A stretch of 64,000 nucleotides of DNA, from the NCBI GenBank assembly GCA_020026115.1, contig JAHHQY010000003.1:4919-68918 (forward strand), in the 5' to 3' direction. The translations under genes were made by a program, and so were the position numbers. The notes beneath the pieces are model-generated. The model was given only the letters and a program-made list of their open reading frames with translations, was not told the DNA's origin and ran no database searches. Every line of letters begins with the position of its first letter. The stretch's first letter is position 1. Origin of the DNA: Actinobacillus sp. (GTDB taxonomy: Bacteria; Pseudomonadota; Gammaproteobacteria; Enterobacterales; Pasteurellaceae). Positions 29,787-40,313 of the stretch are shown here, one piece after another.

Positions 29787-32432
29787 ATGCGGATCGCAAA
29801 ACTGATTTTAAGTAGCGTATTAACGCTCATATTCCTAGGTAGCATAGCGGGAGCCATTCTTTTTTATGAAATAAAAAAAGATTTGCCCGATGTTGAAAGT
29901 TTAAAAACGGTGGAATTAAAGCAACCTATGCAAATTTTTACCGCCGATCATCAATTAATTGGTGAAATTGGCGAACAACGCCGTATTCCCGTGCCTTTGG
30001 AAGATATTCCTAAAGGTTTAATTGACGCGCTTATTGCAACGGAAGATAGCCGTTTTTATGAGCATTTTGGTTTAGACCCCGTGGGGATTATGCGCGCTCT
30101 TAGCGTGGCTATTGCTCAAGGTGGGGCAAGACAAGGGGCGAGTACCATTACTCAGCAAGTGGCGCGAAATTTCTTTTTAACGCGAGAAAAAACCTTAATT
30201 CGTAAAGTGAAAGAAGCTATTTTAGCGATAGAAATTGAGCAACATTTAACAAAAGATGAAATTTTAAATTTATATTTAAATAAAATTTATTTAGGAAATC
30301 GTGCATACGGGGTAGCCGCAGCCGCTCAAACTTATTTTGGTAAGAAATTAAATCAACTGACTTTATCTGAAATGGCGGTGATAGCCGGTTTACCTAAAGC
30401 ACCTTCCACTTTAAACCCAGTTTATTCGGTAAAACGTGCAGAAGAACGCCGTAATGTGGTGTTGGGTCGAATGCTAGAAATGAATTTTATTGATAAAGCC
30501 CAGTACGAACAGGCGAAAGCTGAGCCGATTATGTCTCATTATCATGGCGTGAAACTGGCTTTCCACGCTGATTATGTCAGCGAAATGGTACGCCAAGAAA
30601 TGGTGAAACAATTCGGTGAAGAAGAGGCCTATACAAAAGGTTATAAAGTTTATACGACCATTTTATCGAAGGATCAAAAAGCGGCACAAAACGCCGTTCG
30701 CGAAAATTTAATTGCTTATGATATGCGCCATGGTTATCGCAAACCGGCTTATTTATGGAAAGAAAATGAAACGCCATGGAGCGAAAATAAAATTCAAAAT
30801 TATTTAAAAGGTCTATACAATGCCACCCCATTTGTTCCTGCGGGCGTTTTAGCAAAACAGGCGGATGAGAGCTTGTTATTGTTATTAGCCAATGGCGAAA
30901 AAGTGACGCTAAATAAATCCGCTCAAGCTTGGGCGAAAAAGCATAAGCCTCAAGTGGGCGATTTAATTTGGATTCGTCAAGTAAAAGGCAATTGGCAATT
31001 AGGACAAATACCTGAGGCGAATTCTGCGTTAGTGTCATTAAATAGTGATGATGGGGCTATTGAAGCTTTAGTTGGTGGTTTTAGTTTTTCACAAAGTAAA
31101 TTTAACCGCGCAACCCAAGCTTTAGTGCAAGTCGGCTCGGTGATTAAGCCCTTTATTTATGCGGCAGCCTTTGATCGTGGTTTAACCTTGGCGACGTTAT
31201 TGCAAGACAGCCCATTGATTTTAAAACAAGAAGGGCAAGCAGACTGGCGTCCGCTTAACTCGCCAAATCGCTTTGATGGCCCAATGCGTATTCGTAAAGG
31301 ATTAGGGCTGTCTAAAAATATGATTGCAATTCGTACGATAAAAATGGCGGGCATTCCTTTTACAGGGGAATTTTTGCAACGCTTTGGTTTTAAACCTAAT
31401 CAATATTTTGCCAGTGCGTCTTTAGCTTTAGGTACGGCTTCTTTTACGCCTTTAGAGTTGGCGCGCGCTTATGCCGTCTTGGATAATGGAGGTTTTTTAA
31501 TTGATCCTTATTTAATTGCCAAAATTGAAGATAATAACGGCAATGAAATTTTTAGCGCTCAACCAAAATTAGCTTGTCCAACGTGCGATAACATTCCCGT
31601 TATTTATGATGAAACGCAAAAAATTGATGCATTACAAGAAGATACTGCAAATAGCGAGATTATCGATGACGAAGGCGTGCAAGCTGGAAATGCCATTCAA
31701 GACTTAAATGATGGGCAAGATATTAAAGATATTACGCCTGTTGATGACGAAATGGTCGAGCAAGGTGCTTTACGAACCTTGCAGTTACAAGGCTTGAAAG
31801 CGTTAGATCCTTATTCCGCGAATTTTATGCAAGAAGCACAAGCAAAAAATAAAGCAGAGCTTCAAAAAGCGCAAGAAGAAGCAAGTCAATATGCCCCACG
31901 CGTTTTAGATGGCGGGGTTGCTTTCCTATTGCGTAGTGCATTAAATACAGCAATATATGGGGAAACGGGGCAAAATTGGTTAGGAACAAGCTGGCGTATT
32001 CGTCAAAGCATTAAACGCAGTGATTTAGCGGGTAAAACGGGAACAACCAACCAAAACAAAGTTGCTTGGTATGCAGGATTTGGTGCTAATATTACCACTG
32101 CAATTTATATTGGTTTTGATAATAATGCTCGCAATTTAGGACGTGGCGAATACGGCGCAAGTGCAGCGATGCCAGCTTGGGTTGAGTATATGAAAACGGC
32201 CTTAAAAGATGTGCCAGAACGTCAACTACCTTTGCCAAGTAATATTATTACACGTCAAATCGATCCTGAGTCAGGGCTTCTTGCCTCACCAGGAGAAAAA
32301 GGGTTACGCGAATACTTTATTAAAGGAACAGAACCTAAACGTATTTTTGTACCGCAAAATCGAGGTTATTTACCTTCAATGAGTACAGAGCCTGATACAA
32401 GCAATTCTTTGCAACAAGAAGAATTATTTTAA
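29787..32432 (+). CDS. mrcA: penicillin-binding protein 1A (bifunctional glycosyltransferase/transpeptidase)
   Basis: 881 aa with GT51 motifs (EDSRFYEH, GASTITQQ), transpeptidase motifs SVIKP and KTGTT, and an acidic insertion near residues 600-650. Confidence 0.93.
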   Translation: MRIAKLILSSVLTLIFLGSIAGAILFYEIKKDLPDVESLKTVELKQPMQIFTADHQLIGEIGEQRRIPVPLEDIPKGLIDALIATEDSRFYEHFGLDPVGIMRALSVAIAQGGARQGASTITQQVARNFFLTREKTLIRKVKEAILAIEIEQHLTKDEILNLYLNKIYLGNRAYGVAAAAQTYFGKKLNQLTLSEMAVIAGLPKAPSTLNPVYSVKRAEERRNVVLGRMLEMNFIDKAQYEQAKAEPIMSHYHGVKLAFHADYVSEMVRQEMVKQFGEEEAYTKGYKVYTTILSKDQKAAQNAVRENLIAYDMRHGYRKPAYLWKENETPWSENKIQNYLKGLYNATPFVPAGVLAKQADESLLLLLANGEKVTLNKSAQAWAKKHKPQVGDLIWIRQVKGNWQLGQIPEANSALVSLNSDDGAIEALVGGFSFSQSKFNRATQALVQVGSVIKPFIYAAAFDRGLTLATLLQDSPLILKQEGQADWRPLNSPNRFDGPMRIRKGLGLSKNMIAIRTIKMAGIPFTGEFLQRFGFKPNQYFASASLALGTASFTPLELARAYAVLDNGGFLIDPYLIAKIEDNNGNEIFSAQPKLACPTCDNIPVIYDETQKIDALQEDTANSEIIDDEGVQAGNAIQDLNDGQDIKDITPVDDEMVEQGALRTLQLQGLKALDPYSANFMQEAQAKNKAELQKAQEEASQYAPRVLDGGVAFLLRSALNTAIYGETGQNWLGTSWRIRQSIKRSDLAGKTGTTNQNKVAWYAGFGANITTAIYIGFDNNARNLGRGEYGASAAMPAWVEYMKTALKDVPERQLPLPSNIITRQIDPESGLLASPGEKGLREYFIKGTEPKRIFVPQNRGYLPSMSTEPDTSNSLQQEELF

Positions 32433-32439
32433 ACACCTC

Positions 32440-32468
32440 GCACCGCTTTAGCGGTGCCTTTATTTTTT
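32440..32468 (+). terminator. mrcA terminator
   Basis: GCACCGC-ttta-GCGGTGC followed by CTTTATTTTTT. The 5' arm overlaps a partial CTCGCACCG motif. Confidence 0.65.
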
Positions 32469-32483
32469 AACAAAAGGAAACTT

Positions 32484-33329
32484 ATGCTAAGTTATCGCCA
32501 CAGTTTTCACGCAGGCAATCATGCCGACGTGCTAAAACATATTGTTTTAATGTTAACCATTGAAAGTTTACAGCAAAAAGAAAAAGGCTTTTATTATTTA
32601 GATACGCACGCAGGCGTGGGCTTATATCGTTTAATGAGTGCAGAAGCGCAAAAAAATGCTGAATTTGATACAGGTATTGGGAAACTTTGGGATCGCCAAG
32701 ATTTACCGAAAGATGTGCAAAAATATGTAGATATGATTAAAAAAATTAATCATAACAAACCGCAATTACGTGAATATGCAGGTTCACCGCTTATCGCTGC
32801 AGAAATGTTAAGAGCGCAAGATCGTGCATTATTAACAGAATTGCACCCAAGCGATTACCCATTATTACGTCAAAATTTTCGTCATTACAAAAATGTCACC
32901 ACGAAACGAGATAATGGTTTTCAGCAAGTAAAAGCCACCTTACCGCCGAAAGAGCGTCGAGGCTTAGTGTTAATTGATCCGCCATATGAACTTAAAGAAG
33001 ATTATCAGTTGGTGGTAAAAGCCATTGAAGAAGGGTATAAACGTTTCGCAACGGGCGTTTACGCGATTTGGTATCCTGTGGTGCGCCGTTCTTATATTAA
33101 ACATATGGTGAAAGCCTTAGAAGAAACCGGCATTCGCAAAATTTTACAAATCGAATTAGCGGTTCGTCCCGATACCGACCAACGCGGTATGACAGCAAGC
33201 GGAATGATTGTCATCAATCCACCTTGGCAGTTAGAAAAACAAATGAAAGATATTTTACCTTACTTAAATAAAACCTTAACGCCAGAAGGCACAGGAAGCT
33301 GGAAAGTCAGTTGGATTACGCCAGAGTAA
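32484..33329 (+). CDS. rlmJ: 23S rRNA (adenine2030-N6)-methyltransferase
   Basis: ATG at 32484, MLSYRHSFHAGNHADVLKH... and ..LIDPPYE.. are hallmarks of RlmJ (YhiR). Confidence 0.88.
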   Translation: MLSYRHSFHAGNHADVLKHIVLMLTIESLQQKEKGFYYLDTHAGVGLYRLMSAEAQKNAEFDTGIGKLWDRQDLPKDVQKYVDMIKKINHNKPQLREYAGSPLIAAEMLRAQDRALLTELHPSDYPLLRQNFRHYKNVTTKRDNGFQQVKATLPPKERRGLVLIDPPYELKEDYQLVVKAIEEGYKRFATGVYAIWYPVVRRSYIKHMVKALEETGIRKILQIELAVRPDTDQRGMTASGMIVINPPWQLEKQMKDILPYLNKTLTPEGTGSWKVSWITPE

Positions 33330-33353
33330 GAAAGTATTTAAAGGGAAACGGTT

Positions 33354-33368
33354 TCGCACCGAAAAAAA
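33354..33368 (+). repeat. motif, single copy
   Basis: TCGCACCGAAAAAAA, just upstream of an independent rlmJ terminator. Confidence 0.85.
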
Positions 33369-33380
33369 GCCCTCACTTAA

Positions 33381-33406
33381 GGACGCAAGTCTTGCGTCCG
33401 TTTTTT
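33381..33406 (+). terminator. rlmJ terminator
   Basis: GGACGCAAG-t-CTTGCGTCC followed by T6. Confidence 0.75.
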
Positions 33407-33459
33407 CCTAATAAATCTCGTCTATTTAAAATCAACGAATTGAATTTTAGAGCATTAAA

Positions 33460-34773
33460 ATGAGTATTTTTACATCAATTATTATTATCGGATTACTTAT
33501 TTCCATTAGTGCGGTTATTTCATCGGCGGAAATCTCTTTAGCCGGCGCCCGTAAAATGAAATTACAAGCCTTGGCAAATGAAGGTAATGAACGCGCAAAA
33601 GAAGTTTTAGCCTTGCAATCATCACCAGGGCGATTTATTACGGTGGTGCAAATTGGCTTAAATATGGTGGCGATTTTAGCCGGGGTGATTGGTGAAAGCA
33701 CCTTAACGCCTTTTTTTGAACAACTATTTACGCCTTATATGAGCGCTAAAATGGCGCAAAATTGTGGCAGTTGGCTTTCCTTTATTTTAGTGACCACCAG
33801 TTTTATTTTGCTGGCGGATTTAATTCCTAAACGCATTGCCATGAGTTACCCTGAGCCAACCTCTTTGCGTACTGTGCGTATTATGCAAGTGAGCATTTTT
33901 TTATTAAAACCTATCGTGTGGGTTTTAGATAGTATTGCAAATGGCTTTTTTAAACTTTTCCATATTTCAACGGTACGCGAAGAAAATTTAACTTCAGAAG
34001 ATATTGTTGCATTAGTAGGCGCAGGCGCAAAAGCGGGGGTGGTGAAAGAGCAAGAACAATATTTAATTGAAAATATTTTCGATATGCAAGAGCGCACGGT
34101 CACCTCGTCAATGACAACCCGTGAAAGTATTGTGTTTTTAGAACGCCATTTTACGCGCGAACAAGTCATTACAACCATTAAAAACAATCCCCATCCGAAA
34201 GTGCTGATTTGCGATCAAAATGTGGATAACATTTTAGGTTATGTGGATACGCACAATTTATTGACCTATTATTTGCAATCGGAAGATACCTCACTGGTCG
34301 ATCCTACGTTATTGCGTAAAGTTTTATTTATTCCTGACACGCTTTCTTTATATGAAGTGTTAGAAATTTTTAAATCGGCAGGGGATGATTTTGCCGTGAT
34401 TGTGAATGAATATGCTTTGGTTGTGGGCATTATTACCTTAAAAGATGTAATGAATATTGTGATGGGGGAATTGGTTTCCAACGAAGAAGAGCAGATCGTA
34501 CGCCGTAATGAAAACTCTTGGTTAATTGATGGTGCAACGCCACTTGAAGATGTGATGCGCGCTTTAGATATTGATAGTTTCCCACATCATGAAAATTATG
34601 AAACCATTGCGGGCTTTATGATGTATAGCCTTCGCAAAATACCAAAGAAAACGGATTTCGTTTTATATGACCGTTATAAATTTGAAATTATCGATACGGA
34701 TAATTTTAAAATTGATCAATTGATGGTGTCTTTGCGTGAAGATGTTTTAGAGCCAAATAAACCAAACCAATAA
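33460..34773 (+). CDS. CNNM/HlyC-CorC family membrane protein (DUF21-CBS pair-CorC_HlyC)
   Basis: 437 aa with an N-terminal DUF21 TM region, a tandem CBS region and a C-terminal transporter-associated domain. Confidence 0.85.
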   Translation: MSIFTSIIIIGLLISISAVISSAEISLAGARKMKLQALANEGNERAKEVLALQSSPGRFITVVQIGLNMVAILAGVIGESTLTPFFEQLFTPYMSAKMAQNCGSWLSFILVTTSFILLADLIPKRIAMSYPEPTSLRTVRIMQVSIFLLKPIVWVLDSIANGFFKLFHISTVREENLTSEDIVALVGAGAKAGVVKEQEQYLIENIFDMQERTVTSSMTTRESIVFLERHFTREQVITTIKNNPHPKVLICDQNVDNILGYVDTHNLLTYYLQSEDTSLVDPTLLRKVLFIPDTLSLYEVLEIFKSAGDDFAVIVNEYALVVGIITLKDVMNIVMGELVSNEEEQIVRRNENSWLIDGATPLEDVMRALDIDSFPHHENYETIAGFMMYSLRKIPKKTDFVLYDRYKFEIIDTDNFKIDQLMVSLREDVLEPNKPNQ

Positions 34774-34787
34774 GAGATAAAAAGTCA

Positions 34788-34822
34788 CTCGCGCTGAAAA
34801 AAAGTCAAATTTTCGGTGCGAG
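34788..34822. repeat. motif inverted pair (hairpin), upstream flank of maeB
   Basis: CTCGCGCTGAAAAAAA-gtcaaa-TTTTCGGTGCGAG (one arm has CTG in place of CCG). Confidence 0.88.
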
Positions 34823-34853
34823 TGATTTTTTTTTGTTAAATGAAAGAAAAAAA

Positions 34854-34869
34854 TGTGCTTAATATCACA
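34854..34869. promoter_or_regulatory. CRP binding site upstream of maeB
   Basis: aaaTGTGCttaataTCACAttt (9/10). The centre is about 41.5 nt upstream of the TSS implied by TATAAT at 34891-34896 (class II geometry). Confidence 0.6.
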
Positions 34870-34939
34870 TTTTTTTCTTTATGTATTCACTATAATGCCG
34901 AAACGTATTTGTTAAAAGAAGAACAAAGAGGATGTCAAA

Positions 34940-37201
34940 ATGGATAAAAAATTACGTCAAGCGGCATTAGATTTTCATGAATTTCCTGTTCCAGGAAAAA
35001 TTGCCGTCACACCAACCAAACCTTTAGCTACACAACGTGATTTAGCTTTAGCATACTCGCCAGGTGTTGCAGAACCATGTTTAGCCATTCAAAAAAATCC
35101 TTTAGATGCCTATAAATATACTGCAAAAGGTAATTTAGTTGCGGTAATTTCTAACGGTACCGCCGTGTTAGGTTTAGGAAATATTGGCGCACTGGCAGGT
35201 AAACCTGTTATGGAAGGTAAAGGCGTATTATTTAAAAAATTCGCAGGCATCGATGTTTTCGATTTAGAAGTCAACCAATTAGACCCAGATAAATTTATTG
35301 ACGTGGTCAGTGCGCTAGAACCAACATTTGGTGGCATTAACTTAGAAGATATTAAAGCGCCAGAATGTTTTTATATTGAGAAAAAACTTCGCGAAAAAAT
35401 GAATATTCCAGTGTTCCATGATGACCAACATGGGACAGCAATTATTTCCGCAGCGGCTGTTTTAAACGGTTTGCGCATTGTGAATAAAGATATTAGCCAA
35501 GTAAAACTCGTTGCCTCAGGCGCAGGTGCGGCAGCCATTGCTTGCTTAAATTTATTAGTTTCTTTAGGTATGACTCGAGAAAATATCACAGTGTGCGATA
35601 CAAAAGGGGTAATTTATAAAGGCCGTGATGAAAAAATGCCTGAAAGCAAAGCCCTTTATGCCATTGATGATAATGGCAATCGTAGTTTAGCCGATGCCAT
35701 TGATGGGGCGGATATTTTCCTTGGCTGTTCAGTTGCCGGTGCTTTAACGCAAGATATGGTAAAAAGCATGGCACGCGACCCATTAATTTTAGCTTTGGCA
35801 AATCCAGAGCCTGAAATTTTACCGCCTTTAGCGAAAGAAGTGCGTCCTGATGCCATTGTTTGTACAGGACGTTCAGATTTCCCTAACCAAGTGAATAACG
35901 TACTTTGTTTCCCATTTATTTTCCGTGGCGCATTAGATGTAAGCGCAAGCACCATTAACGAAGAAATGAAACAAGCGGCGGTTCATGCTATTGCAGATTT
36001 AGCTTTAGCGGAACAAACAGAAGAAACAAGTTCGGCTTATGGCGATGAAAATCCAAAATTTGGCCCAGAATATATTATTCCGCGTCCATTTGACCCACGT
36101 TTAATTGTGAAAATTGCACCAGCAGTTGCGCAAGCGGCCATGGATACTGGGGTTGCAAAACGTCCAATTGAAGATATGAATGAATACATTGAACGCTTAA
36201 CGCAGTTTGTGTATCAAACCAATCTCTTTATGAAACCGGTCTTTACAAAAGCGAAAGAAGTGAAAAAACGCGTGATTTTAACCGATGGTGAAGAACGCCG
36301 TATTTTACATGCCGTGCAAGAATGCGCGACCTTAGAAATTGCAATGCCTGTTTTATTAGGACGTACTAGAATTATTTTAGATAAAATTCAACAGCTTGGC
36401 CTACAAATCGAAGAAGGCAAAGATTTTGAAATTATTGATATTGAAAATAACCCATACTTTGAAGAATGCTGGCAAGGTTATTATAAAAAATTAAACCGTA
36501 GCGGTATGACCGTGTCTGGGGCAAAACGTAAAATGATGCAAAATCCAACGGCCTTAGGTACACAATTACTTGAATTGGGCAAAGCTGACGCGATGTTGTG
36601 CGGGTTAGTTGGGCCATTTGGGTCACATTTATCCGCAATTGAAGAAATTAACGGTAAAGCCAATAATATTATGGCAACGCTTAATGGGGTGATTTCGCCT
36701 AATCAAAACCTCTTTATTGCCGATAGTTTTGTTAACGAAAATCCAACGGCACAAGAAATTGCCGATATTGCGATTATGTCCGCCCATGAATTGCAGAATT
36801 TTGGTATTGAACCACAAATTGCTTTGGTTTCTCATTCTAATTTCGGCACCATTAAAGACGCCAATGCACGAAAAATGCGCGAAGCATTACAATTAGTGCG
36901 TGAGCAAGCGCCAGATTTAATTATTGATGGGGAAATGCATTGTGACGTGGCTTTACAACCAGACATTCGCAAAGAAATTATGCCAGATAGCCCGTTAAAA
37001 GGTTCGGCAAATTTATTGATTATGCCAACAATGCAATCTGCTCGCATTAGCCTTAACTTACTTCAAGGTATCGCAGCAGGTTCAACAGTTGGGCCAGTTT
37101 TGATGGGAACGAAAAAATCGGCTCATATTTTAACGCCAGTATCTTCTGTTCGTCGCATTATCAATATGATTGCTATTGCCGCGGCAAAAGCGCAAGATTA
37201 G
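34940..37201 (+). CDS. maeB: NADP-dependent malic enzyme with C-terminal phosphotransacetylase-like domain
   Basis: 753 aa with an N-terminal malic enzyme domain (..YSPGVAEPC.., ..GAGAAAIAC..) and a long PTA-like C-terminal domain, the MaeB architecture. Confidence 0.92.
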   Translation: MDKKLRQAALDFHEFPVPGKIAVTPTKPLATQRDLALAYSPGVAEPCLAIQKNPLDAYKYTAKGNLVAVISNGTAVLGLGNIGALAGKPVMEGKGVLFKKFAGIDVFDLEVNQLDPDKFIDVVSALEPTFGGINLEDIKAPECFYIEKKLREKMNIPVFHDDQHGTAIISAAAVLNGLRIVNKDISQVKLVASGAGAAAIACLNLLVSLGMTRENITVCDTKGVIYKGRDEKMPESKALYAIDDNGNRSLADAIDGADIFLGCSVAGALTQDMVKSMARDPLILALANPEPEILPPLAKEVRPDAIVCTGRSDFPNQVNNVLCFPFIFRGALDVSASTINEEMKQAAVHAIADLALAEQTEETSSAYGDENPKFGPEYIIPRPFDPRLIVKIAPAVAQAAMDTGVAKRPIEDMNEYIERLTQFVYQTNLFMKPVFTKAKEVKKRVILTDGEERRILHAVQECATLEIAMPVLLGRTRIILDKIQQLGLQIEEGKDFEIIDIENNPYFEECWQGYYKKLNRSGMTVSGAKRKMMQNPTALGTQLLELGKADAMLCGLVGPFGSHLSAIEEINGKANNIMATLNGVISPNQNLFIADSFVNENPTAQEIADIAIMSAHELQNFGIEPQIALVSHSNFGTIKDANARKMREALQLVREQAPDLIIDGEMHCDVALQPDIRKEIMPDSPLKGSANLLIMPTMQSARISLNLLQGIAAGSTVGPVLMGTKKSAHILTPVSSVRRIINMIAIAAAKAQD

Positions 37202-37229
37202 TTTTCACTGCGCCTTAGTTGAAAAAAAG

Positions 37230-37264
37230 CTCGCGCCGAAAAAAAGTCAACTTTTCGGTGCGAG
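37230..37264. repeat. motif inverted pair (hairpin), downstream flank of maeB
   Basis: CTCGCGCCGAAAAAAA-gtcaac-TTTTCGGTGCGAG. It is about 38/40 identical to the pair at 34788-34822, loop included. Confidence 0.9.
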
Positions 37265-37272
37265 CTTTATTT

Positions 37273-39156
37273 TTATGAGCGATTTTGTTCTTCAAACAAG
37301 AAACCACCGCTTTGATGTTGCCATAATTTCGCGTAAAGTCCGCCTTTTGCCAATAATTCTTGGTGCGAACCTTGCTCAATAATACAACCCTGATCTAAGA
37401 CAATTAAACGATCCATCGCCGCAATCGTAGAAAGACGATGAGCAATCGCAATAACGGTTTTGTTTTCCATCATTTTATCCAAGTTTTCTTGAATAGCGAT
37501 TTCTACTTCTGAGTCTAAGGCGCTGGTGGCTTCATCGAGAATTAAAATCGGCGCATCTTTTAACATGACACGAGCAATGGCAATACGTTGACGTTGTCCG
37601 CCAGAAAGTTTTACCCCTCGTTCGCCCACATGAGCATCAAAACCTCGGCGACCTTTGGCATCAGTTAAACTTGGGATAAAGTCTGAAGCCTTCGCTTTTT
37701 CTGCCGCTAAAAGAATTTCCGCTTCGCTGGCATTTGGGCGACCATACATAATATTTTCGCGCACACTGCGATGTAAAAGTGAGGTATCTTGTGTCACTAA
37801 ACCAATCTCAGCGCGTAAACTTTCTTGCGTAACGGCATTAATATTTTGCCCATCAATACAAATTGTGCCAGATTGAGGTTCGTAAAAACGCAATAATAAA
37901 TTAACAATGGTTGATTTTCCCGCACCAGAGCGACCAATTAAACCAACTTTTTCCCCCGCTTTAATATGTAAATTAAAATCTTTTAAAAGCGGTTTGTTGT
38001 CATAAGCAAAATGAACATGTTCAAAACAAATATCGCCATCTTTTACCACTAAGCCTTTTGCATTGGCTTTATCGACAATGTTATGGGGTTTTGAAAGGGT
38101 ATTCATACCATCGTTAACCGTACCGATATTTTCAAATAAACGAGCCGATTCCCACATAATCCAACGAGAAAGGCTATTTACGCGTAAAGTCATCGCAATG
38201 GCCGTAGCAATAGCCCCGACGGCCAGAAACCCTTTGCCCCAAAGCCACACACTTAAACAAGCCGTATTTAAAATTAAAAGCACATTATTGGCGTAAGTTA
38301 AGCTATCTAAAAAAGTCGCAAGACGCATTTGTTTATGAACGGTTTGCATAAATTCTTGCATAGAGCGTTTGGCATAATCCGCTTCTCTTGAGGCATGAGA
38401 GAATAATTTTACCGTGGCGATATTCGCATAAGCGTCCGTAACACGGCCGGTCATTAAAGAACGCGCATTGGCTTGTTCTTGTGAAGTTTTAGAAAAGCGC
38501 GGAATAATGACATATAAAATGCTCACAAAAAGCACAATCCATAAAATAAAAGGCACTAAAAGCCAACTGTCTAAAGAAACTAAAATCACCCCTGAAGTAA
38601 TAAAATACACAGAAATGTAAACCATAATATTGGCGATAGTTAAAACACTGTCGCGCACCGCCAGCGCCGTTTGCATCACTTTGGCAGAAACGCGTCCTGC
38701 AAATTCATCTTGATAAAAACTTAAACTTTGCCCAAGCATTAAACGGTGGAAATTCCAACGTAAACGCATAGGGAAAACCCCTTGTAAGGTTTCAAGGCGT
38801 GTGGTGGTAGAGAAGAACGACCAAAAAACGCTCACCACAAGTACCCCTGCCATGGCCCATAATAAAGTGCCTTTTTCTTGCCATAATTGTGTTGGCGTAA
38901 AGGTTCCCATCCAATCAATTAACACGCCCATAAATTGGAATAAAAGCGCTTCAATAATACTGGTTCCCATAGAAAGAAAAGCCAACAACAAAATCCAACC
39001 TTTCATACCATCTAAACTCGACCAAATAAAGGCAAAAAGTCCGTTATTAGGCGTTTGCGGGGCTTTTTCAGGGTAGGGATTTATGCGGTTTTCAAACCAG
39101 CTAAAAATGCGATCAAAAAGATTCAATCCTTCTCTCCTTATTTTCTCATGATTCAA
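37273..39156 (-). CDS. ABC exporter, fused transmembrane and ATP-binding domains
   Basis: Six-TM exporter domain, then Walker A GRSGAGKST, signature LSGGQRQR and Walker B ILILDEATSALD. The start is uncertain: TTG at 39156, or TTG at 39126, which follows AAGGAGAGAAGGA. Confidence 0.85.
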   Translation of the reverse strand: MNHEKIRREGLNLFDRIFSWFENRINPYPEKAPQTPNNGLFAFIWSSLDGMKGWILLLAFLSMGTSIIEALLFQFMGVLIDWMGTFTPTQLWQEKGTLLWAMAGVLVVSVFWSFFSTTTRLETLQGVFPMRLRWNFHRLMLGQSLSFYQDEFAGRVSAKVMQTALAVRDSVLTIANIMVYISVYFITSGVILVSLDSWLLVPFILWIVLFVSILYVIIPRFSKTSQEQANARSLMTGRVTDAYANIATVKLFSHASREADYAKRSMQEFMQTVHKQMRLATFLDSLTYANNVLLILNTACLSVWLWGKGFLAVGAIATAIAMTLRVNSLSRWIMWESARLFENIGTVNDGMNTLSKPHNIVDKANAKGLVVKDGDICFEHVHFAYDNKPLLKDFNLHIKAGEKVGLIGRSGAGKSTIVNLLLRFYEPQSGTICIDGQNINAVTQESLRAEIGLVTQDTSLLHRSVRENIMYGRPNASEAEILLAAEKAKASDFIPSLTDAKGRRGFDAHVGERGVKLSGGQRQRIAIARVMLKDAPILILDEATSALDSEVEIAIQENLDKMMENKTVIAIAHRLSTIAAMDRLIVLDQGCIIEQGSHQELLAKGGLYAKLWQHQSGGFLFEEQNRS

Positions 39157-39330
39157 TTTTTACAAAGCTCGGCATTATAGCAGATTGACAAAAGAATGTT
39201 TAAAAGCGAAGTATTGAGAGAGGTGGCGTGCAAAATGGTTTTTTTATTGGCTTTTTAGTAAAAATCTTGTATCTTGCATCAACTTAAAACAAAATCTCTT
39301 TTAATTCTCAACTTCATTTAAGGAGCAAGC

Positions 39331-39702
39331 ATGAAAGCTTTGTATATTTTATTAGGATTTCTTTCTTTAGCTCTTGGTATTTTGGGCATAGCACTTCCTG
39401 TTTTGCCTACCGTGCCATTTTTACTATTAACCTTATTTTTCTTTGCCAAAGGCTCCGAACGTTTACATAATTGGTTTCTTAGCACAAACATCTACAAAAA
39501 ACATTTAAAAACCTTTCAAGAGCAAGGCGCTTTAAGTAAAAAATCTAAAATTTGGATTTTAAGTTTAGCTACGGTTATGCTTGTTGCCGGATTTATTTTC
39601 ACGCCAGTTGTTTGGGCGAAAGCCTTAATTGTTGTTATGTTATTGCTTAAATATTGGTATTTCTTCTTTAAAATCAAAACAGTGGAAACAAGAGTTGCTT
39701 AA
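39331..39702 (+). CDS. ybaN: YbaN family inner-membrane protein (DUF454)
   Basis: 123 aa, ..LGILGIALPVLPTVPFLLL..FFAKGS.R...W.. is typical of YbaN. Confidence 0.8.
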   Translation: MKALYILLGFLSLALGILGIALPVLPTVPFLLLTLFFFAKGSERLHNWFLSTNIYKKHLKTFQEQGALSKKSKIWILSLATVMLVAGFIFTPVVWAKALIVVMLLLKYWYFFFKIKTVETRVA

Positions 39703-39704
39703 AG

Positions 39705-40208
39705 ATGAGTGAATTAACGGACGAAAATTTATTTAAACAAGCTATGCAAGGGGTTAAGCCTTTTGCACAAAATCATTATGTCCCACCACGCAAAGAAAAA
39801 GTCAAAAAACAATATTTGCGTGACGTGCGCGAAACAGAAGATGCCTTATTTTTCTTTTCCGATGAATACGAACCCTTATTAAACGATGAGGAAAAAGTAA
39901 AATATTTACGCGCGGGCGAAGATAGCCATTTATTAAAACAATTGCGTCGTGGGGATTTTTCACCGCAAATTTTTTTAGATTTACACGGCTTAACGCAAAA
40001 AGATGCAAAATTAGAACTCGCCAGCTTGTTATTAGCTTGCGAACGTGAACATTTATATTGCGCAAGCATTATGACAGGCTACGGCACTTTCACATTAAAG
40101 CGTCAAATTCCACGTTGGTTGGTTCAACATCCTAAAGTACGTGCCTTGCATCAAGCCCCCAAAGAATGGGGTGGCGATGCAGCCATTTTGGTTTTATTAG
40201 ACGACTAA
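39705..40208 (+). CDS. smrB: Smr-domain endonuclease SmrB
   Basis: 167 aa with a C-terminal Smr domain (LDLHGLTQKDAKLEL....TGYG..LKRQIPRWL). Confidence 0.75.
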   Translation: MSELTDENLFKQAMQGVKPFAQNHYVPPRKEKVKKQYLRDVRETEDALFFFSDEYEPLLNDEEKVKYLRAGEDSHLLKQLRRGDFSPQIFLDLHGLTQKDAKLELASLLLACEREHLYCASIMTGYGTFTLKRQIPRWLVQHPKVRALHQAPKEWGGDAAILVLLDD

Positions 40209-40211
40209 ATC

Positions 40212-40238
40212 AGATCGCCTTAAGGCGATCTTTTTTTT
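40212..40238 (+). terminator. smrB terminator
   Basis: AGATCGCC-ttaa-GGCGATCT followed by T8, which runs directly into a motif copy. Confidence 0.8.
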
Positions 40239-40247
40239 CGGCGCGAG
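40235..40247 (-). repeat. motif, single copy
   Basis: TTTTCGGCGCGAG, abutting the smrB terminator T-run. Confidence 0.85.
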
Positions 40248-40313
40248 TGAGTGTTTAAAAAGAGCGAGAAAAGTTTAGGAAAAAATTTAACAAAAGCTCA
40301 AGAAAGGAAGACC

